Virus record (IMG/VR): IMGVR_UViG_2579778916_000005
Reading direction: 5' to 3' (one strand)
Source: a virus
Taxonomy: Duplodnaviria; Heunggongvirae; Uroviricota; Caudoviricetes
DNA: 8,299 nucleotides
Of the stretch, positions 7,324 through 8,299 are shown piece after piece. Position 1 is the stretch's first letter; every line of letters starts with the position of its first letter. The notes under the pieces were generated by a model. The model had not been told where the DNA came from. It saw only the letters and a program-made list of their open reading frames with translations, and did not search any database. The position numbers and the translations under genes were made by a program.

Positions 7324-7347
7324 AATTACCTCTCGCTTTTCTGCAAT

Positions 7348-7371
7348 AAAAAAGGCGTCATTCCTGACGCC
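7348..7371 (-). terminator. Rho-independent terminator between J (copy A) and lom (copy A)
   Basis: Stem GGCGTCA (7354..7360) / TGACGCC (7365..7371) with a 4-nt loop. On the minus strand it is followed by TTTTTT (plus-strand A-run 7348..7353), then the lom ribosome-binding site. Confidence 0.65.
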
Positions 7372-7393
7372 CTTTATTGGGGTTATAAATATT

Positions 7394-8299
7394 TCAACGA
7401 ATACTGATGCCGGAAGCGGCTTTTTTGGTCACAATCACCGTACAGTCGGTGATATTGCCTGCCCCCTGATTGCCTTTCTGGAAAATCTTAAACTCCAGAG
7501 TGACGCTTCCCCTGCCACTCGGCATATCAATAACTGCACTGTAACTACCGGGAATGGCCCCTTTAGTTTCTCTGGATGCGATTAATACGCCGTTTTTGCG
7601 AACTTCAAAACCATAACCCGTGTATCGCGTGCCTCCTGGGTTATTTCCGCTCCCCGGATCGTCATACGCTATACCGTTAAAAATAATGGGCGGAATAATA
7701 ATCTGGCGGTCAAAGTTATGATCATCGCTGATGGTGACTGTAACCGTACCGTTTGGTGTTTCCGTGTTACCCCACGTACCGACTTTTTTCGGGAAGGCTT
7801 TTGATACAGCTTTAACGAAATCTCCTCTGACCTGGGTCGCCTCCAGCATGCCCTTAATCGTACAGTTCTGGTTAATCGTGACATTGTTGAGCGTTCCTGA
7901 GTTCGCATTCACACTGCCACTGATATCCGCATTTTTCGCCGTCAGTCTCCCGTCTGATGTCAGGGAAAATGCCGGAGGATTACCGCCGCTGGTAATGGTG
8001 GGGGCCGTCAGGCGTTTCAGGAACACTTCATTCATGAATATCTGATCGCCCTGACCAACAAACATCGGCTTTGTGTTGCCATTCGCAGGATTAATCATCG
8101 CAATCCTGTCTGCTGCCAGCAGCACCTGACTCTGCATGCCGTCAGGGGTGTTCTCAATACCGGCACCGATACCCGCAATATAAAGGCGTCCGTCCTGCAT
8201 CTGCTGCAGCTTCACTGCCCACATGCTGTTCAGGTTATTATTTGTATCAACCTGAACCTTCTGTATCTGCTGGATCGCTGCACTCTGGTCTTCCAGTTT
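7394..8299 (-). CDS. J: Tail-tip / host-specificity protein J, C-terminal ~300 codons (5' part lies beyond the window edge)
   Basis: The frame is open from the window edge at 8299: [97 protein letters not shown]..., ending KKAASGISIR-stop at 7394. This is the lambda J C-terminal region. The ORF-track entry 7394..8224 merely starts at an internal Met. It is followed by a terminator and lom, as in lambda. Confidence 0.9.
   Translation of the reverse strand, partial: KLEDQSAAIQQIQKVQVDTNNNLNSMWAVKLQQMQDGRLYIAGIGAGIENTPDGMQSQVLLAADRIAMINPANGNTKPMFVGQGDQIFMNEVFLKRLTAPTITSGGNPPAFSLTSDGRLTAKNADISGSVNANSGTLNNVTINQNCTIKGMLEATQVRGDFVKAVSKAFPKKVGTWGNTETPNGTVTVTISDDHNFDRQIIIPPIIFNGIAYDDPGSGNNPGGTRYTGYGFEVRKNGVLIASRETKGAIPGSYSAVIDMPSGRGSVTLEFKIFQKGNQGAGNITDCTVIVTKKAASGISIR

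Larger units (their letters stand above)
6466..8299 (-). repeat. Tandem direct repeat unit 2 (truncated by the window edge): J 3' end - terminator - lom - terminator - stf 5' fragment
   Basis: Counterpart of unit 1. The J segment 7867..8299 is near-identical to 5990..6418; the J C-terminal ~155 codons are divergent; the lom and stf 5' parts are about 89% identical at protein level. Confidence 0.85.

Noticed and set aside
5749-8045. ORFs nested in the J regions (5749..5991 -, 7669..7908 -, 7731..8045 +, 7286..7585 +)
   Set aside because: They overlap the J C-terminal coding frames in other frames or antisense and are short with no recognisable features.
1-8299. CRISPR array, tRNA/rRNA, IS element or a recognisable defence or toxin system
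   Set aside because: No short regularly spaced direct repeats, no cloverleaf-like or rRNA-like sequence, and no transposase-like or defence-like ORF. All long ORFs are accounted for by J, lom, stf and tfa. The only large repeats are the gene-scale 1860-bp tandem units.

Overview
This 8.3-kb window is the distal tail / host-range region of a lambdoid (lambda/Rac-like) prophage from an Escherichia-like enterobacterium; every credible gene is on the minus strand. In transcription order (high to low coordinates): the 3' end of the tail-tip host-specificity gene J (7394..8299, runs off the window), lom (6724..7323), a 65-codon 5' fragment of stf joined abruptly at about 6465/6466 to an orphan 3' fragment of a second J allele (5531..6465), a second lom (4864..5463), a full-length 1132-aa side tail fibre gene stf (1401..4799), and the tail fibre assembly gene tfa (820..1401, start overlapping the stf stop as TAATG). 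An AT-rich tract with no long ORFs (1..819) follows and contains a 3' tfa remnant. The window therefore holds a tandem but diverged duplication (period 1860 bp) of a 'J 3' end - lom - stf 5' end' module, and the two J copies carry clearly different C-terminal (receptor-binding) regions. Rho-independent terminator hairpins flank each lom. I found no tRNA/rRNA, CRISPR array, IS/transposase or recognisable defence-system gene. The points most worth a second look are the mosaic duplicated host-range module, its non-homologous stf::J junction, and a speculative promoter / small hydrophobic ORF / terminator unit in the AT-rich tract. All family assignments are by eye from the supplied translations and my own reading of the sequence; no searches were run.
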